A DNA stretch of 64,000 bases from Phoronis australis (taxonomy: Eukaryota; Animalia; Phoronida): NCBI GenBank assembly GCA_002633005.1, contig NMRA01000421.1, forward strand, positions 76,171-140,170. Reading direction: 5' to 3'. The translations under genes were made by a program, and so were the position numbers. The notes under the pieces are model-generated. The model was not told the DNA's origin, did no database searches, and saw only the letters and a program-made list of their open reading frames with translations. Of the stretch, positions 63,529 through 64,000 are shown piece by piece. Numbering within the stretch: position 1 is the stretch's first letter; each line of letters opens with the position of its first letter.

Positions 63529-64000
63529 ACGTATATTGCTTACACTGCGTTATTTTTATGCATGTAAGCACATCTAGTAATCTACGTTGTACACATGTCA
63601 AAATGGGAAGCAGCAACTGTGAAATTTAATTACTGGAAGGACTAATTAAAGTATCCGCACACGATGAGGCATCGATACCCAATAGTCGTCAAAAAGAGAC
63701 ATAATGCGAATACTAACTCTTTCTTGAGATGCCCCAACTTCTATTGCGTAAGCCGTCTGGGCTACTCAATGCGAGGACTCGACTTTTGTGCGTCACCCCT
63801 TATCAGTGTTGCCGAAATATCCCAGATTACAATGACCTTTGGATGTGGGAAGGGATATTTATACTCGGTAGGTTGCGACTGTTGGCCTCGAGTTGACTGC
63901 CAAGATAATTTGACATATTCACAGAGACCAGTGTAACACAGACTATTATCGATCTTAGACAAGGTTGATTCTTTCATAAACTATCTGCACCAGCAATATC

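Overview
AT-rich, repeat-dense animal genomic DNA from a draft scaffold (one 638-nt N gap, two single-N joins), most consistent with a marine invertebrate. It holds one convincing host gene: a minus-strand, two-exon, 1897-aa GRL101-like leucine-rich-repeat GPCR. Its architecture is signal peptide, CUB-like domains, 2 C-type lectin-like domains, ~7 LDLa repeats, LRRs and a rhodopsin-class 7TM. The two large ORFs (34374-37859 and 16619-18805) join through a canonical phase-2 GT-AG intron (34377..18831) that rebuilds a complete LDLa repeat. That 15.5-kb intron contains three decayed Academ-type (XPG-domain) DNA transposons nested inside one another. The rest of the window is transposon debris: an inverted pair of TTAA-flanked Kolobok-like elements; a BEL/Pao LTR-gag-protease remnant; LINE fragments and MITEs; a 3.5-kb CA-terminated TIR element with a 5-bp TSD and apparently convergent genes (one a decayed zinc-finger gene); and a palindromic repeat family carrying minimal type I hammerhead ribozymes. 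All family assignments come from motif recognition by eye, not database searches.
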